Of a stretch of 38,166 nt of DNA, positions 1 through 9,119 are shown piece after piece (position 1 is the first letter of the stretch; each line of letters begins with the position of its first letter). This stretch comes from Escherichia phage T7, in sequence record MZ375249.1. One strand, 5' to 3'. The position numbers and the translations under genes were made by a program. A model generated the notes under the pieces. The model was given only the letters and a program-made list of their open reading frames with translations. It was not told the DNA's origin and made no database searches.

Positions 1-142
1 TCTCACAGTGTACGGACCTAAAGTTCCCCCATAGGGTGTACCTAAAGCCCAGCCAATCACCTAAAGTCAACCTTCGGTTGACCTTGAGGGTTCCCTAAGG
101 GTTTGTCTTTGGGTGTTACCTTGAGTGTCTCTCTGTGTCCCT
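1..142. repeat. Left direct terminal repeat (terminal redundancy), identical to 38025..38166
   Basis: Exact 142-bp identity between first and last 142 bases; begins with the canonical T7 left end TCTCACAGTGTACGG. Confidence 0.95.
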
Positions 143-340
143 CTCTGTTACAGTCTCCTAAAGTATCCTCCTAAAGTCACCTCCTAACGTCCATCCTAAA
201 GCCAACACCTAAAGCCAACACCTAAAGACCCATCAAGTCAACGCCTATCTTAAAGTTTAAACATAAAGACCAGACCTAAAGACCAGACCTAAAGACACTA
301 CATAAAGACCAGACCTAAAGACGCCTTGTTGTTAGCCATA
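143..340. repeat. Array of short CCTAAAG-type heptamer repeats adjacent to left terminal repeat (concatemer processing/packaging region)
   Basis: Repeated cctaaag / acctaaag / cataaag units visible directly in sequence. Confidence 0.8.
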
Positions 341-369
341 AAGTGATAACCTTTAATCATTGTCTTTAT

Positions 370-392
370 TAATACAACTCACTATAGGGAGA
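370..392 (+). promoter_or_regulatory. T7 RNA polymerase promoter phiOL
   Basis: taatacaactcactatagggaga; 23-bp T7 promoter consensus with one mismatch. Confidence 0.85.
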
Positions 393-443
393 GACAACTT
401 AAAGAGACTTAAAAGATTAATTTAAAATTTATCAAAAAGAGTA

Positions 444-480
444 TTGACTTAAAGTCTAACCTATAGGATACTTACAGCCA
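444..480 (+). promoter_or_regulatory. Host (sigma70) early promoter A1
   Basis: -35 ttgact and -10 gatact with about 17 bp spacing; position matches T7 A1. Confidence 0.8.
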
Positions 481-570
481 TCGAGAGGGACACGGCGAAT
501 AGCCATCCCAATCGACACCGGGGTCAACCGGATAAGTAGACAGCCTGATAAGTCGCACGAAAAACAGGTA

Positions 571-608
571 TTGACAACATGAAGTAACATGCAGTAAGAT
601 ACAAATCG
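571..608 (+). promoter_or_regulatory. Host (sigma70) early promoter A2
   Basis: -35 ttgaca, -10 taagat; position matches T7 A2. Confidence 0.8.
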
Positions 609-695
609 CTAGGTAACACTAGCAGCGTCAACCGGGCGCACAGTGCCTTCTAGGTGACTTAAGCGCACCACGGCACATAAGGTGAAACAAAACGG

Positions 696-732
696 TTGAC
701 AACATGAAGTAAACACGGTACGATGTACCACA
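696..732 (+). promoter_or_regulatory. Host (sigma70) early promoter A3
   Basis: -35 ttgaca, -10 tacgat; position matches T7 A3. Confidence 0.8.
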
Positions 733-843
733 TGAAACGACAGTGAGTCACCACACTGAAAGGTGATGCGGTCTAACGAAACCTGACCTAAGACGCTCTT
801 TAACAATCTGGTAAATAGCTCTTGAGTGCATGACTAGCGGATA

Positions 844-873
844 ACTCAAGGGTATCGCAAGGTGCCCTTTATG
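844..873 (+). promoter_or_regulatory. RNase III processing hairpin R0.3
   Basis: ctcaagggtatcgcaaggtgccctttatg; member of a recurring ctcaagg..loop..gtgg.ctttatg hairpin family. Confidence 0.6.
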
Positions 874-906
874 ATATTCACTAATAACTGCACGAGGTAA
901 CACAAG

Positions 907-1260
907 ATGGCTATGTCTAACATGACTTACAACAACGTTTTCGACCACGCTTACGAAATGCTGAAAGAAAACATCCGTTATGATGACATCCGTGACACTG
1001 ATGACCTGCACGATGCTATTCACATGGCTGCCGATAATGCAGTTCCGCACTACTACGCTGACATCTTTAGCGTAATGGCAAGTGAGGGCATTGACCTTGA
1101 GTTCGAAGACTCTGGTCTGATGCCTGACACCAAGGACGTAATCCGCATCCTGCAAGCGCGTATCTATGAGCAATTAACGATTGACCTCTGGGAAGACGCA
1201 GAAGACTTGCTCAATGAATACTTGGAGGAAGTCGAGGAGTACGAGGAGGATGAAGAGTAA
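907..1260 (+). CDS. ocr: Gene 0.3, Ocr anti-restriction DNA-mimic protein (117 aa)
   Basis: ORF translation [10 protein letters not shown]...EEYEEDEE matches T7 Ocr; acidic C-terminus. Confidence 0.95.
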
Positions 1261-1391
1261 TGTCTACTACCAACGTGCAATACGGTCTGACCGCTCAAAC
1301 TGTACTTTTCTATAGCGACATGGGGCGGCGTGGCATAGACGAAAGGAAAAGGTTAAAGCCAAGAAACTCGCCGCACTTGAACAGGCACTAG
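1260..1391 (+). pseudogene. Remnant of genes 0.4-0.6: gene 0.4 start ([21 protein letters not shown]) fused to out-of-frame 3' sequence of gene 0.6; a separate frame still encodes the 0.6B C-terminal tail up to a TAA at 1415..1417
   Basis: 43-codon ORF overlapping the 0.3 stop; only 180 bp separate 0.3 and 0.7 here versus about 740 bp in reference T7. Confidence 0.7.
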
Positions 1392-1439
1392 CCAACACAC
1401 TGAACGCTATCTCATAACGAACATAAAGGACACAATGCA

Positions 1440-2519
1440 ATGAACATTACCGACATCATGAACGCTATCGACGCAATCAAAGCACTGCCAATCTGTGAAC
1501 TTGACAAGCGTCAAGGTATGCTTATCGACTTACTGGTCGAGATGGTCAACAGCGAGACGTGTGATGGCGAGCTAACCGAACTAAATCAGGCACTTGAGCA
1601 TCAAGATTGGTGGACTACCTTGAAGTGTCTCACGGCTGACGCAGGGTTCAAGATGCTCGGTAATGGTCACTTCTCGGCTGCTTATAGTCACCCGCTGCTA
1701 CCTAACAGAGTGATTAAGGTGGGCTTTAAGAAAGAGGATTCAGGCGCAGCCTATACCGCATTCTGCCGCATGTATCAGGGTCGTCCTGGTATCCCTAACG
1801 TCTACGATGTACAGCGCCACGCTGGATGCTATACGGTGGTACTTGACGCACTTAAGGATTGCGAGCGTTTCAACAATGATGCCCATTATAAATACGCTGA
1901 GATTGCAAGCGACATCATTGATTGCAATTCGGATGAGCATGATGAGTTAACTGGATGGGATGGTGAGTTTGTTGAAACTTGTAAACTAATCCGCAAGTTC
2001 TTTGAGGGCATCGCCTCATTCGACATGCATAGCGGGAACATCATGTTCTCAAATGGAGACGTACCATACATCACCGACCCGGTATCATTCTCGCAGAAGA
2101 AAGACGGTGGCGCATTCAGCATCGACCCTGAGGAACTCATCAAGGAAGTCGAGGAAGTCGCACGACAGAAAGAAATTGACCGCGCTAAGGCCCGTAAAGA
2201 ACGTCACGAGGGGCGCTTAGAGGCACGCAGATTCAAACGTCGCAACCGCAAGGCACGTAAAGCACACAAAGCTAAGCGCGAAAGAATGCTTGCTGCGTGG
2301 CGATGGGCTGAACGTCAAGAACGGCGTAACCATGAGGTAGCTGTAGATGTACTAGGAAGAACCAATAACGCTATGCTCTGGGTCAACATGTTCTCTGGGG
2401 ACTTTAAGGCGCTTGAGGAACGAATCGCGCTGCACTGGCGTAATGCTGACCGGATGGCTATCGCTAATGGTCTTACGCTCAACATTGATAAGCAACTTGA
2501 CGCAATGTTAATGGGCTGA
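1440..2519 (+). CDS. 0.7: Gene 0.7, serine/threonine protein kinase / host transcription shut-off (359 aa)
   Basis: Full-length ORF matching T7 gp0.7 in size and sequence. Confidence 0.95.
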
Positions 2520-2530
2520 TAGTCTTATCT

Positions 2531-2560
2531 TACAGGTCATCTGCGGGTGGCCTGAATAGG
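2531..2560 (+). promoter_or_regulatory. RNase III processing hairpin R1
   Basis: caggtcatctgcgggtggcctgaa hairpin between 0.7 and gene 1. Confidence 0.55.
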
Positions 2561-2589
2561 TACGATTTACTAACTGGAAGAGGCACTAA

Positions 2590-5241
2590 ATGAACACGAT
2601 TAACATCGCTAAGAACGACTTCTCTGACATCGAACTGGCTGCTATCCCGTTCAACACTCTGGCTGACCATTACGGTGAGCGTTTAGCTCGCGAACAGTTG
2701 GCCCTTGAGCATGAGTCTTACGAGATGGGTGAAGCACGCTTCCGCAAGATGTTTGAGCGTCAACTTAAAGCTGGTGAGGTTGCGGATAACGCTGCCGCCA
2801 AGCCTCTCATCACTACCCTACTCCCTAAGATGATTGCACGCATCAACGACTGGTTTGAGGAAGTGAAAGCTAAGCGCGGCAAGCGCCCGACAGCCTTCCA
2901 GTTCCTGCAAGAAATCAAGCCGGAAGCCGTAGCGTACATCACCATTAAGACCACTCTGGCTTGCCTAACCAGTGCTGACAATACAACCGTTCAGGCTGTA
3001 GCAAGCGCAATCGGTCGGGCCATTGAGGACGAGGCTCGCTTCGGTCGTATCCGTGACCTTGAAGCTAAGCACTTCAAGAAAAACGTTGAGGAACAACTCA
3101 ACAAGCGCGTAGGGCACGTCTACAAGAAAGCATTTATGCGAGTTGTCGAGGCTGACATGCTCTCTAAGGGTCTACTCGGTGGCGAGGCGTGGTCTTCGTG
3201 GCATAAGGAAGACTCTATTCATGTAGGAGTACGCTGCATCGAGATGCTCATTGAGTCAACCGGAATGGTTAGCTTACACCGCCAAAATGCTGGCGTAGTA
3301 GGTCAAGACTCTGAGACTATCGAACTCGCACCTGAATACGCTGAGGCTATCGCAACCCGTGCAGGTGCGCTGGCTGGCATCTCTCCGATGTTCCAACCTT
3401 GCGTAGTTCCTCCTAAGCCGTGGACTGGCATTACTGGTGGTGGCTATTGGGCTAACGGTCGTCGTCCTCTGGCGCTGGTGCGTACTCACAGTAAGAAAGC
3501 ACTGATGCGCTACGAAGACGTTTACATGCCTGAGGTGTACAAAGCGATTAACATTGCGCAAAACACCGCATGGAAAATCAACAAGAAAGTCCTAGCGGTC
3601 GCCAACGTAATCACCAAGTGGAAGCATTGTCCGGTCGAGGACATCCCTGCGATTGAGCGTGAAGAACTCCCGATGAAACCGGAAGACATCGACATGAATC
3701 CTGAGGCTCTCACCGCGTGGAAACGTGCTGCCGCTGCTGTGTACCGCAAGGACAAGGCTCGCAAGTCTCGCCGTATCAGCCTTGAGTTCATGCTTGAGCA
3801 AGCCAATAAGTTTGCTAACCATAAGGCCATCTGGTTCCCTTACAACATGGACTGGCGCGGTCGTGTTTACGCTGTGTCAATGTTCAACCCGCAAGGTAAC
3901 GATATGACCAAAGGACTGCTTACGCTGGCGAAAGGTAAACCAATCGGTAAGGAAGGTTACTACTGGCTGAAAATCCACGGTGCAAACTGTGCGGGTGTCG
4001 ATAAGGTTCCGTTCCCTGAGCGCATCAAGTTCATTGAGGAAAACCACGAGAACATCATGGCTTGCGCTAAGTCTCCACTGGAGAACACTTGGTGGGCTGA
4101 GCAAGATTCTCCGTTCTGCTTCCTTGCGTTCTGCTTTGAGTACGCTGGGGTACAGCACCACGGCCTGAGCTATAACTGCTCCCTTCCGCTGGCGTTTGAC
4201 GGGTCTTGCTCTGGCATCCAGCACTTCTCCGCGATGCTCCGAGATGAGGTAGGTGGTCGCGCGGTTAACTTGCTTCCTAGTGAAACCGTTCAGGACATCT
4301 ACGGGATTGTTGCTAAGAAAGTCAACGAGATTCTACAAGCAGACGCAATCAATGGGACCGATAACGAAGTAGTTACCGTGACCGATGAGAACACTGGTGA
4401 AATCTCTGAGAAAGTCAAGCTGGGCACTAAGGCACTGGCTGGTCAATGGCTGGCTTACGGTGTTACTCGCAGTGTGACTAAGCGTTCAGTCATGACGCTG
4501 GCTTACGGGTCCAAAGAGTTCGGCTTCCGTCAACAAGTGCTGGAAGATACCATTCAGCCAGCTATTGATTCCGGCAAGGGTCTGATGTTCACTCAGCCGA
4601 ATCAGGCTGCTGGATACATGGCTAAGCTGATTTGGGAATCTGTGAGCGTGACGGTGGTAGCTGCGGTTGAAGCAATGAACTGGCTTAAGTCTGCTGCTAA
4701 GCTGCTGGCTGCTGAGGTCAAAGATAAGAAGACTGGAGAGATTCTTCGCAAGCGTTGCGCTGTGCATTGGGTAACTCCTGATGGTTTCCCTGTGTGGCAG
4801 GAATACAAGAAGCCTATTCAGACGCGCTTGAACCTGATGTTCCTCGGTCAGTTCCGCTTACAGCCTACCATTAACACCAACAAAGATAGCGAGATTGATG
4901 CACACAAACAGGAGTCTGGTATCGCTCCTAACTTTGTACACAGCCAAGACGGTAGCCACCTTCGTAAGACTGTAGTGTGGGCACACGAGAAGTACGGAAT
5001 CGAATCTTTTGCACTGATTCACGACTCCTTCGGTACCATTCCGGCTGACGCTGCGAACCTGTTCAAAGCAGTGCGCGAAACTATGGTTGACACATATGAG
5101 TCTTGTGATGTACTGGCTGATTTCTACGACCAGTTCGCTGACCAGTTGCACGAGTCTCAATTGGACAAAATGCCAGCACTTCCGGCTAAAGGTAACTTGA
5201 ACCTCCGTGACATCTTAGAGTCGGACTTCGCGTTCGCGTAA
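2590..5241 (+). CDS. 1: Gene 1, T7 RNA polymerase (883 aa)
   Basis: MNTINIAKNDFSDIELAAIPFNTLADHYGERLAREQLALEHESYEMGEARF... ending DILESDFAFA; canonical T7 RNAP. Confidence 0.99.
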   Translation: MNTINIAKNDFSDIELAAIPFNTLADHYGERLAREQLALEHESYEMGEARFRKMFERQLKAGEVADNAAAKPLITTLLPKMIARINDWFEEVKAKRGKRPTAFQFLQEIKPEAVAYITIKTTLACLTSADNTTVQAVASAIGRAIEDEARFGRIRDLEAKHFKKNVEEQLNKRVGHVYKKAFMRVVEADMLSKGLLGGEAWSSWHKEDSIHVGVRCIEMLIESTGMVSLHRQNAGVVGQDSETIELAPEYAEAIATRAGALAGISPMFQPCVVPPKPWTGITGGGYWANGRRPLALVRTHSKKALMRYEDVYMPEVYKAINIAQNTAWKINKKVLAVANVITKWKHCPVEDIPAIEREELPMKPEDIDMNPEALTAWKRAAAAVYRKDKARKSRRISLEFMLEQANKFANHKAIWFPYNMDWRGRVYAVSMFNPQGNDMTKGLLTLAKGKPIGKEGYYWLKIHGANCAGVDKVPFPERIKFIEENHENIMACAKSPLENTWWAEQDSPFCFLAFCFEYAGVQHHGLSYNCSLPLAFDGSCSGIQHFSAMLRDEVGGRAVNLLPSETVQDIYGIVAKKVNEILQADAINGTDNEVVTVTDENTGEISEKVKLGTKALAGQWLAYGVTRSVTKRSVMTLAYGSKEFGFRQQVLEDTIQPAIDSGKGLMFTQPNQAAGYMAKLIWESVSVTVVAAVEAMNWLKSAAKLLAAEVKDKKTGEILRKRCAVHWVTPDGFPVWQEYKKPIQTRLNLMFLGQFRLQPTINTNKDSEIDAHKQESGIAPNFVHSQDGSHLRKTVVWAHEKYGIESFALIHDSFGTIPADAANLFKAVRETMVDTYESCDVLADFYDQFADQLHESQLDKMPALPAKGNLNLRDILESDFAFA

Positions 5242-5249
5242 CGCCAAAT

Positions 5250-5272
5250 CAATACGACTCACTATAGAGGGA
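5250..5272 (+). promoter_or_regulatory. T7 promoter phi1.1A
   Basis: caatacgactcactatagaggga. Confidence 0.85.
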
Positions 5273-5277
5273 CAAAC

Positions 5278-5308
5278 TCAAGGTCATTCGCAAGAGTGGC
5301 CTTTATGA
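5278..5308 (+). promoter_or_regulatory. RNase III processing hairpin R1.1
   Basis: ctcaaggtcattcgcaagagtggcctttatg. Confidence 0.6.
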
Positions 5309-5324
5309 TTGACCTTCTTCCGGT

Positions 5325-5347
5325 TAATACGACTCACTATAGGAGAA
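5325..5347 (+). promoter_or_regulatory. T7 promoter phi1.1B
   Basis: taatacgactcactataggagaa. Confidence 0.9.
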
Positions 5348-5425
5348 CCTTAAGGTTTAACTTTAAGACCCTTAAGTGTTAATTAGAGATTTAAATTAAA
5401 GAATTACTAAGAGAGGACTTTAAGT

Positions 5426-5554
5426 ATGCGTAACTTCGAAAAGATGACCAAACGTTCTAACCGTAATGCTCGTGACTTCGAGGCAACCAAAGGTCGCAAG
5501 TTGAATAAGACTAAGCGTGACCGCTCTCACAAGCGTAGCTGGGAGGGTCAGTAA
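5426..5554 (+). CDS. 1.1: Gene 1.1 (42 aa, unknown function)
   Basis: Small basic ORF MRNFEKMTKRSNRNARDFEATKGRKLNKTKRDRSHKRSWEGQ with RBS; position matches T7 1.1. Confidence 0.8.
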   Translation: MRNFEKMTKRSNRNARDFEATKGRKLNKTKRDRSHKRSWEGQ

Positions 5555-5555
5555 G

Positions 5556-5813
5556 ATGGGACGTTTATATAGTGGTAATCTGGCAGCATTCAAGGCAGCA
5601 ACAAACAAGCTGTTCCAGTTAGACTTAGCGGTCATTTATGATGACTGGTATGATGCCTATACAAGAAAAGATTGCATACGGTTACGTATTGAGGACAGGA
5701 GTGGAAACCTGATTGATACTAGCACCTTCTACCACCACGACGAGGACGTTCTGTTCAATATGTGTACTGATTGGTTGAACCATATGTATGACCAGTTGAA
5801 GGACTGGAAGTAA
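5556..5813 (+). CDS. 1.2: Gene 1.2, inhibitor of host dGTPase (85 aa)
   Basis: MGRLYSGNLAAFKAATNKLFQLDLAVIYDDWYDAY...; ATG immediately after the 1.1 stop. Confidence 0.9.
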   Translation: MGRLYSGNLAAFKAATNKLFQLDLAVIYDDWYDAYTRKDCIRLRIEDRSGNLIDTSTFYHHDEDVLFNMCTDWLNHMYDQLKDWK

Positions 5814-5833
5814 TACGACTCAGTATAGGGACA
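5811..5833 (+). promoter_or_regulatory. T7 promoter phi1.3
   Basis: taatacgactcagtatagggaca (natural G variant at -5). Confidence 0.85.
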
Positions 5834-5835
5834 AT

Positions 5836-5869
5836 GCTTAAGGTCGCTCTCTAGGAGTGGCCTTAGTCA
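5836..5869 (+). promoter_or_regulatory. RNase III processing hairpin R1.3
   Basis: cttaaggtcgctctctaggagtggccttag. Confidence 0.55.
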
Positions 5870-5893
5870 TTTAACCAATAGGAGATAAACATT

Positions 5894-6973
5894 ATGATGA
5901 ACATTAAGACTAACCCGTTTAAAGCCGTGTCTTTCGTAGAGTCTGCCATTAAGAAGGCTCTGGATAACGCTGGGTATCTTATCGCTGAAATCAAGTACGA
6001 TGGTGTACGCGGGAACATCTGCGTAGACAATACTGCTAACAGTTACTGGCTCTCTCGTGTATCTAAAACGATTCCGGCACTGGAGCACTTAAACGGGTTT
6101 GATGTTCGCTGGAAGCGTCTACTGAACGATGACCGTTGCTTCTACAAAGATGGCTTTATGCTTGATGGGGAACTCATGGTCAAGGGCGTAGACTTTAACA
6201 CAGGGTCCGGCCTACTGCGTACCAAATGGACTGACACGAAGAACCAAGAGTTCCATGAAGAGTTATTCGTTGAACCAATCCGTAAGAAAGATAAAGTTCC
6301 CTTTAAGCTGCACACTGGACACCTTCACATAAAACTGTACGCTATCCTCCCGCTGCACATCGTGGAGTCTGGAGAAGACTGTGATGTCATGACGTTGCTC
6401 ATGCAGGAACACGTTAAGAACATGCTGCCTCTGCTACAGGAATACTTCCCTGAAATCGAATGGCAAGCGGCTGAATCTTACGAGGTCTACGATATGGTAG
6501 AACTACAGCAACTGTACGAGCAGAAGCGAGCAGAAGGCCATGAGGGTCTCATTGTGAAAGACCCGATGTGTATCTATAAGCGCGGTAAGAAATCTGGCTG
6601 GTGGAAAATGAAACCTGAGAACGAAGCTGACGGTATCATTCAGGGTCTGGTATGGGGTACAAAAGGTCTGGCTAATGAAGGTAAAGTGATTGGTTTTGAG
6701 GTGCTTCTTGAGAGTGGTCGTTTAGTTAACGCCACGAATATCTCTCGCGCCTTAATGGATGAGTTCACTGAGACAGTAAAAGAGGCCACCCTAAGTCAAT
6801 GGGGATTCTTTAGCCCATACGGTATTGGCGACAACGATGCTTGTACTATTAACCCTTACGATGGCTGGGCGTGTCAAATTAGCTACATGGAGGAAACACC
6901 TGATGGCTCTTTGCGGCACCCATCGTTCGTAATGTTCCGTGGCACCGAGGACAACCCTCAAGAGAAAATGTAA
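5894..6973 (+). CDS. 1.3: Gene 1.3, ATP-dependent DNA ligase (359 aa)
   Basis: Full-length ORF; KYDGVRG adenylation motif; matches T7 ligase. Confidence 0.97.
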   Translation: MMNIKTNPFKAVSFVESAIKKALDNAGYLIAEIKYDGVRGNICVDNTANSYWLSRVSKTIPALEHLNGFDVRWKRLLNDDRCFYKDGFMLDGELMVKGVDFNTGSGLLRTKWTDTKNQEFHEELFVEPIRKKDKVPFKLHTGHLHIKLYAILPLHIVESGEDCDVMTLLMQEHVKNMLPLLQEYFPEIEWQAAESYEVYDMVELQQLYEQKRAEGHEGLIVKDPMCIYKRGKKSGWWKMKPENEADGIIQGLVWGTKGLANEGKVIGFEVLLESGRLVNATNISRALMDEFTETVKEATLSQWGFFSPYGIGDNDACTINPYDGWACQISYMEETPDGSLRHPSFVMFRGTEDNPQEKM

Positions 6974-6976
6974 TCA

Positions 6977-7010
6977 CACTGGCTCACCTTCGGGTGGGCC
7001 TTTCTGCGTT
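6977..7010 (+). terminator. Early terminator TE (host RNA polymerase, rho-independent)
   Basis: GC hairpin ggctcaccttcgggtgggcc followed by tttctgcgttt directly after the ligase stop. Confidence 0.85.
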
Positions 7011-7023
7011 TATAAGGAGACAC

Positions 7024-7046
7024 TTTTACGACTCACTAAAGGAGGT
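7024..7046 (+). promoter_or_regulatory. T7 promoter phi1.5 with atypical TTTTA at -17..-13
   Basis: ttttacgactcactaaaggaggt; core matches class II promoters but upstream AT-box differs from all other promoters in the window. Confidence 0.75.
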
Positions 7047-7053
7047 ACACACC

Positions 7054-7143
7054 ATGATGTACTTAATGCCATTACTCATCGTCATTGTAGGATGCCTTGC
7101 GCTCCACTGTAGCGATGATGATATGCCAGATGGTCACGCTTAA
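7054..7143 (+). CDS. 1.5: Gene 1.5 (29 aa, unknown function)
   Basis: Short ORF MMYLMPLLIVIVGCLALHCSDDDMPDGHA downstream of phi1.5 with RBS aggaggt. Confidence 0.7.
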   Translation: MMYLMPLLIVIVGCLALHCSDDDMPDGHA

Positions 7144-7163
7144 TACGACTCACTAAAGGAGAC
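7141..7163 (+). promoter_or_regulatory. T7 promoter phi1.6
   Basis: taatacgactcactaaaggagac. Confidence 0.9.
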
Positions 7164-7168
7164 ACTAT

Positions 7169-7429
7169 ATGTTTCGACTTCATTACAACAAAAGCGTTAA
7201 GAATTTCACGGTTCGCCGTGCTGACCGTTCAATCGTATGTGCGAGCGAGCGCCGAGCTAAGATACCTCTTATTGGTAACACAGTTCCTTTGGCACCGAGC
7301 GTCCACATCATTATCACCCGTGGTGACTTTGAGAAAGCAATAGACAAGAAACGTCCGGTTCTTAGTGTGGCAGTGACCCGCTTCCCGTTCGTCCGTCTGT
7401 TACTCAAACGAATCAAGGAGGTGTTCTGA
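7169..7429 (+). CDS. 1.6: Gene 1.6 (86 aa, unknown function)
   Basis: [24 protein letters not shown]... at the position expected for T7 1.6. Confidence 0.85.
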
Positions 7430-8011
7430 TGGGACTGTTAGATGGTGAAGCCTGGGAAAAAGAAAACCCGCCAGTACAAGCAACTGGGTGTATAGCTTGC
7501 TTAGAGAAAGATGACCGTTATCCACACACCTGTAACAAAGGAGCTAACGATATGACCGAACGTGAACAAGAGATGATCATTAAGTTGATAGACAATAATG
7601 AAGGTCGCCCAGATGATTTGAATGGCTGCGGTATTCTCTGCTCCAATGTCCCTTGCCACCTCTGCCCCGCAAATAACGATCAAAAGATAACCTTAGGTGA
7701 AATCCGAGCGATGGACCCACGTAAACCACATCTGAATAAACCTGAGGTAACTCCTACAGATGACCAGCCTTCCGCTGAGACAATCGAAGGTGTCACTAAG
7801 CCTTCCCACTACATGCTGTTTGACGACATTGAGGCTATCGAAGTGATTGCTCGTTCAATGACCGTTGAGCAGTTCAAGGGATACTGCTTCGGTAACATCT
7901 TAAAGTACAGACTACGTGCTGGTAAGAAGTCAGAGTTAGCGTACTTAGAGAAAGACCTAGCGAAAGCAGACTTCTATAAAGAACTCTTTGAGAAACATAA
8001 GGATAAATGTT

Positions 8012-8019
<8 letters not shown>
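7429..8019 (+). CDS. 1.7: Gene 1.7, nucleoside monophosphate kinase (196 aa)
   Basis: Full-length ORF overlapping the 1.6 stop (ATGA); size and order match T7 1.7. Confidence 0.9.
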
Positions 8020-8352
<333 letters not shown>

Positions 8353-8355
<3 letters not shown>

Positions 8356-8375
8356 TACGACTCACTATTAGGGAA
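8353..8375 (+). promoter_or_regulatory. T7 promoter phi2.5 (A-initiating)
   Basis: taatacgactcactattagggaa; +1 is A, as known for phi2.5. Confidence 0.85.
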
Positions 8376-8420
8376 GACTCCCTCTGAGAAACCAAACGAA
8401 ACCTAAAGGAGATTAACATT

Positions 8421-9119
8421 ATGGCTAAGAAGATTTTCACCTCTGCGCTGGGTACCGCTGAACCTTACGCTTACATCGCCAAGCCGGACTACGGCAACGA
8501 AGAGCGTGGCTTTGGGAACCCTCGTGGTGTCTATAAAGTTGACCTGACTATTCCCAACAAAGACCCGCGCTGCCAGCGTATGGTCGATGAAATCGTGAAG
8601 TGTCACGAAGAGGCTTATGCTGCTGCCGTTGAGGAATACGAAGCTAATCCACCTGCTGTAGCTCGTGGTAAGAAACCGCTGAAACCGTATGAGGGTGACA
8701 TGCCGTTCTTCGATAACGGTGACGGTACGACTACCTTTAAGTTCAAATGCTACGCGTCTTTCCAAGACAAGAAGACCAAAGAGACCAAGCACATCAATCT
8801 GGTTGTGGTTGACTCAAAAGGTAAGAAGATGGAAGACGTTCCGATTATCGGTGGTGGCTCTAAGCTGAAAGTTAAATATTCTCTGGTTCCATACAAGTGG
8901 AACACTGCTGTAGGTGCGAGCGTTAAGCTGCAACTGGAATCCGTGATGCTGGTCGAACTGGCTACCTTTGGTGGCGGTGAAGACGATTGGGCTGACGAAG
9001 TTGAAGAGAACGGCTATGTTGCCTCTGGTTCTGCCAAAGCGAGCAAACCACGCGACGAAGAAAGCTGGGACGAAGACGACGAAGAGTCCGAGGAAGCAGA
9101 CGAAGACGGAGACTTCTAA
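8421..9119 (+). CDS. 2.5: Gene 2.5, single-stranded DNA-binding protein (232 aa)
   Basis: MAKKIFTSALGTAEPYAYIAKPDYGNEERGF...; acidic C-terminal tail ending DEDGDF. Confidence 0.97.
   Translation: MAKKIFTSALGTAEPYAYIAKPDYGNEERGFGNPRGVYKVDLTIPNKDPRCQRMVDEIVKCHEEAYAAAVEEYEANPPAVARGKKPLKPYEGDMPFFDNGDGTTTFKFKCYASFQDKKTKETKHINLVVVDSKGKKMEDVPIIGGGSKLKVKYSLVPYKWNTAVGASVKLQLESVMLVELATFGGGEDDWADEVEENGYVASGSAKASKPRDEESWDEDDEESEEADEDGDF

Larger units (their letters stand above)
5250..5420 (+). other. Primary origin of DNA replication region (phi1.1A/phi1.1B promoters plus AT-rich segment)
   Basis: Tandem T7 promoters followed by AT-rich stretch (aattagagatttaaattaaagaattactaag), as in the T7 primary origin. 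Confidence 0.6.

Noticed and set aside
748-1173. Minus-strand ORF of 141 aa antisense to the gene 0.3 region, and many similar minus-strand ORFs throughout (for example 15972..16511, 21876..22457, 26955..27749, 13972..14505)
   Set aside because: T7 is transcribed entirely left to right; these lie antisense to well-recognised genes, lack promoters and ribosome-binding sites, and have low-complexity translations. They are six-frame artefacts.
2002-2220. Plus-strand 72-aa ORF in an alternate frame inside gene 0.7; similar alternate-frame ORFs at 3725..3907, 8968..9159, 13931..14248 and 33555..33767
   Set aside because: Fully embedded in other frames of strongly supported genes, with no start context; arginine/serine-rich translations typical of out-of-frame reads.
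7183-7416. Minus-strand 77-aa ORF almost exactly antisense to gene 1.6
   Set aside because: Mirror-image artefact of the gene 1.6 ORF; no independent expression signals.
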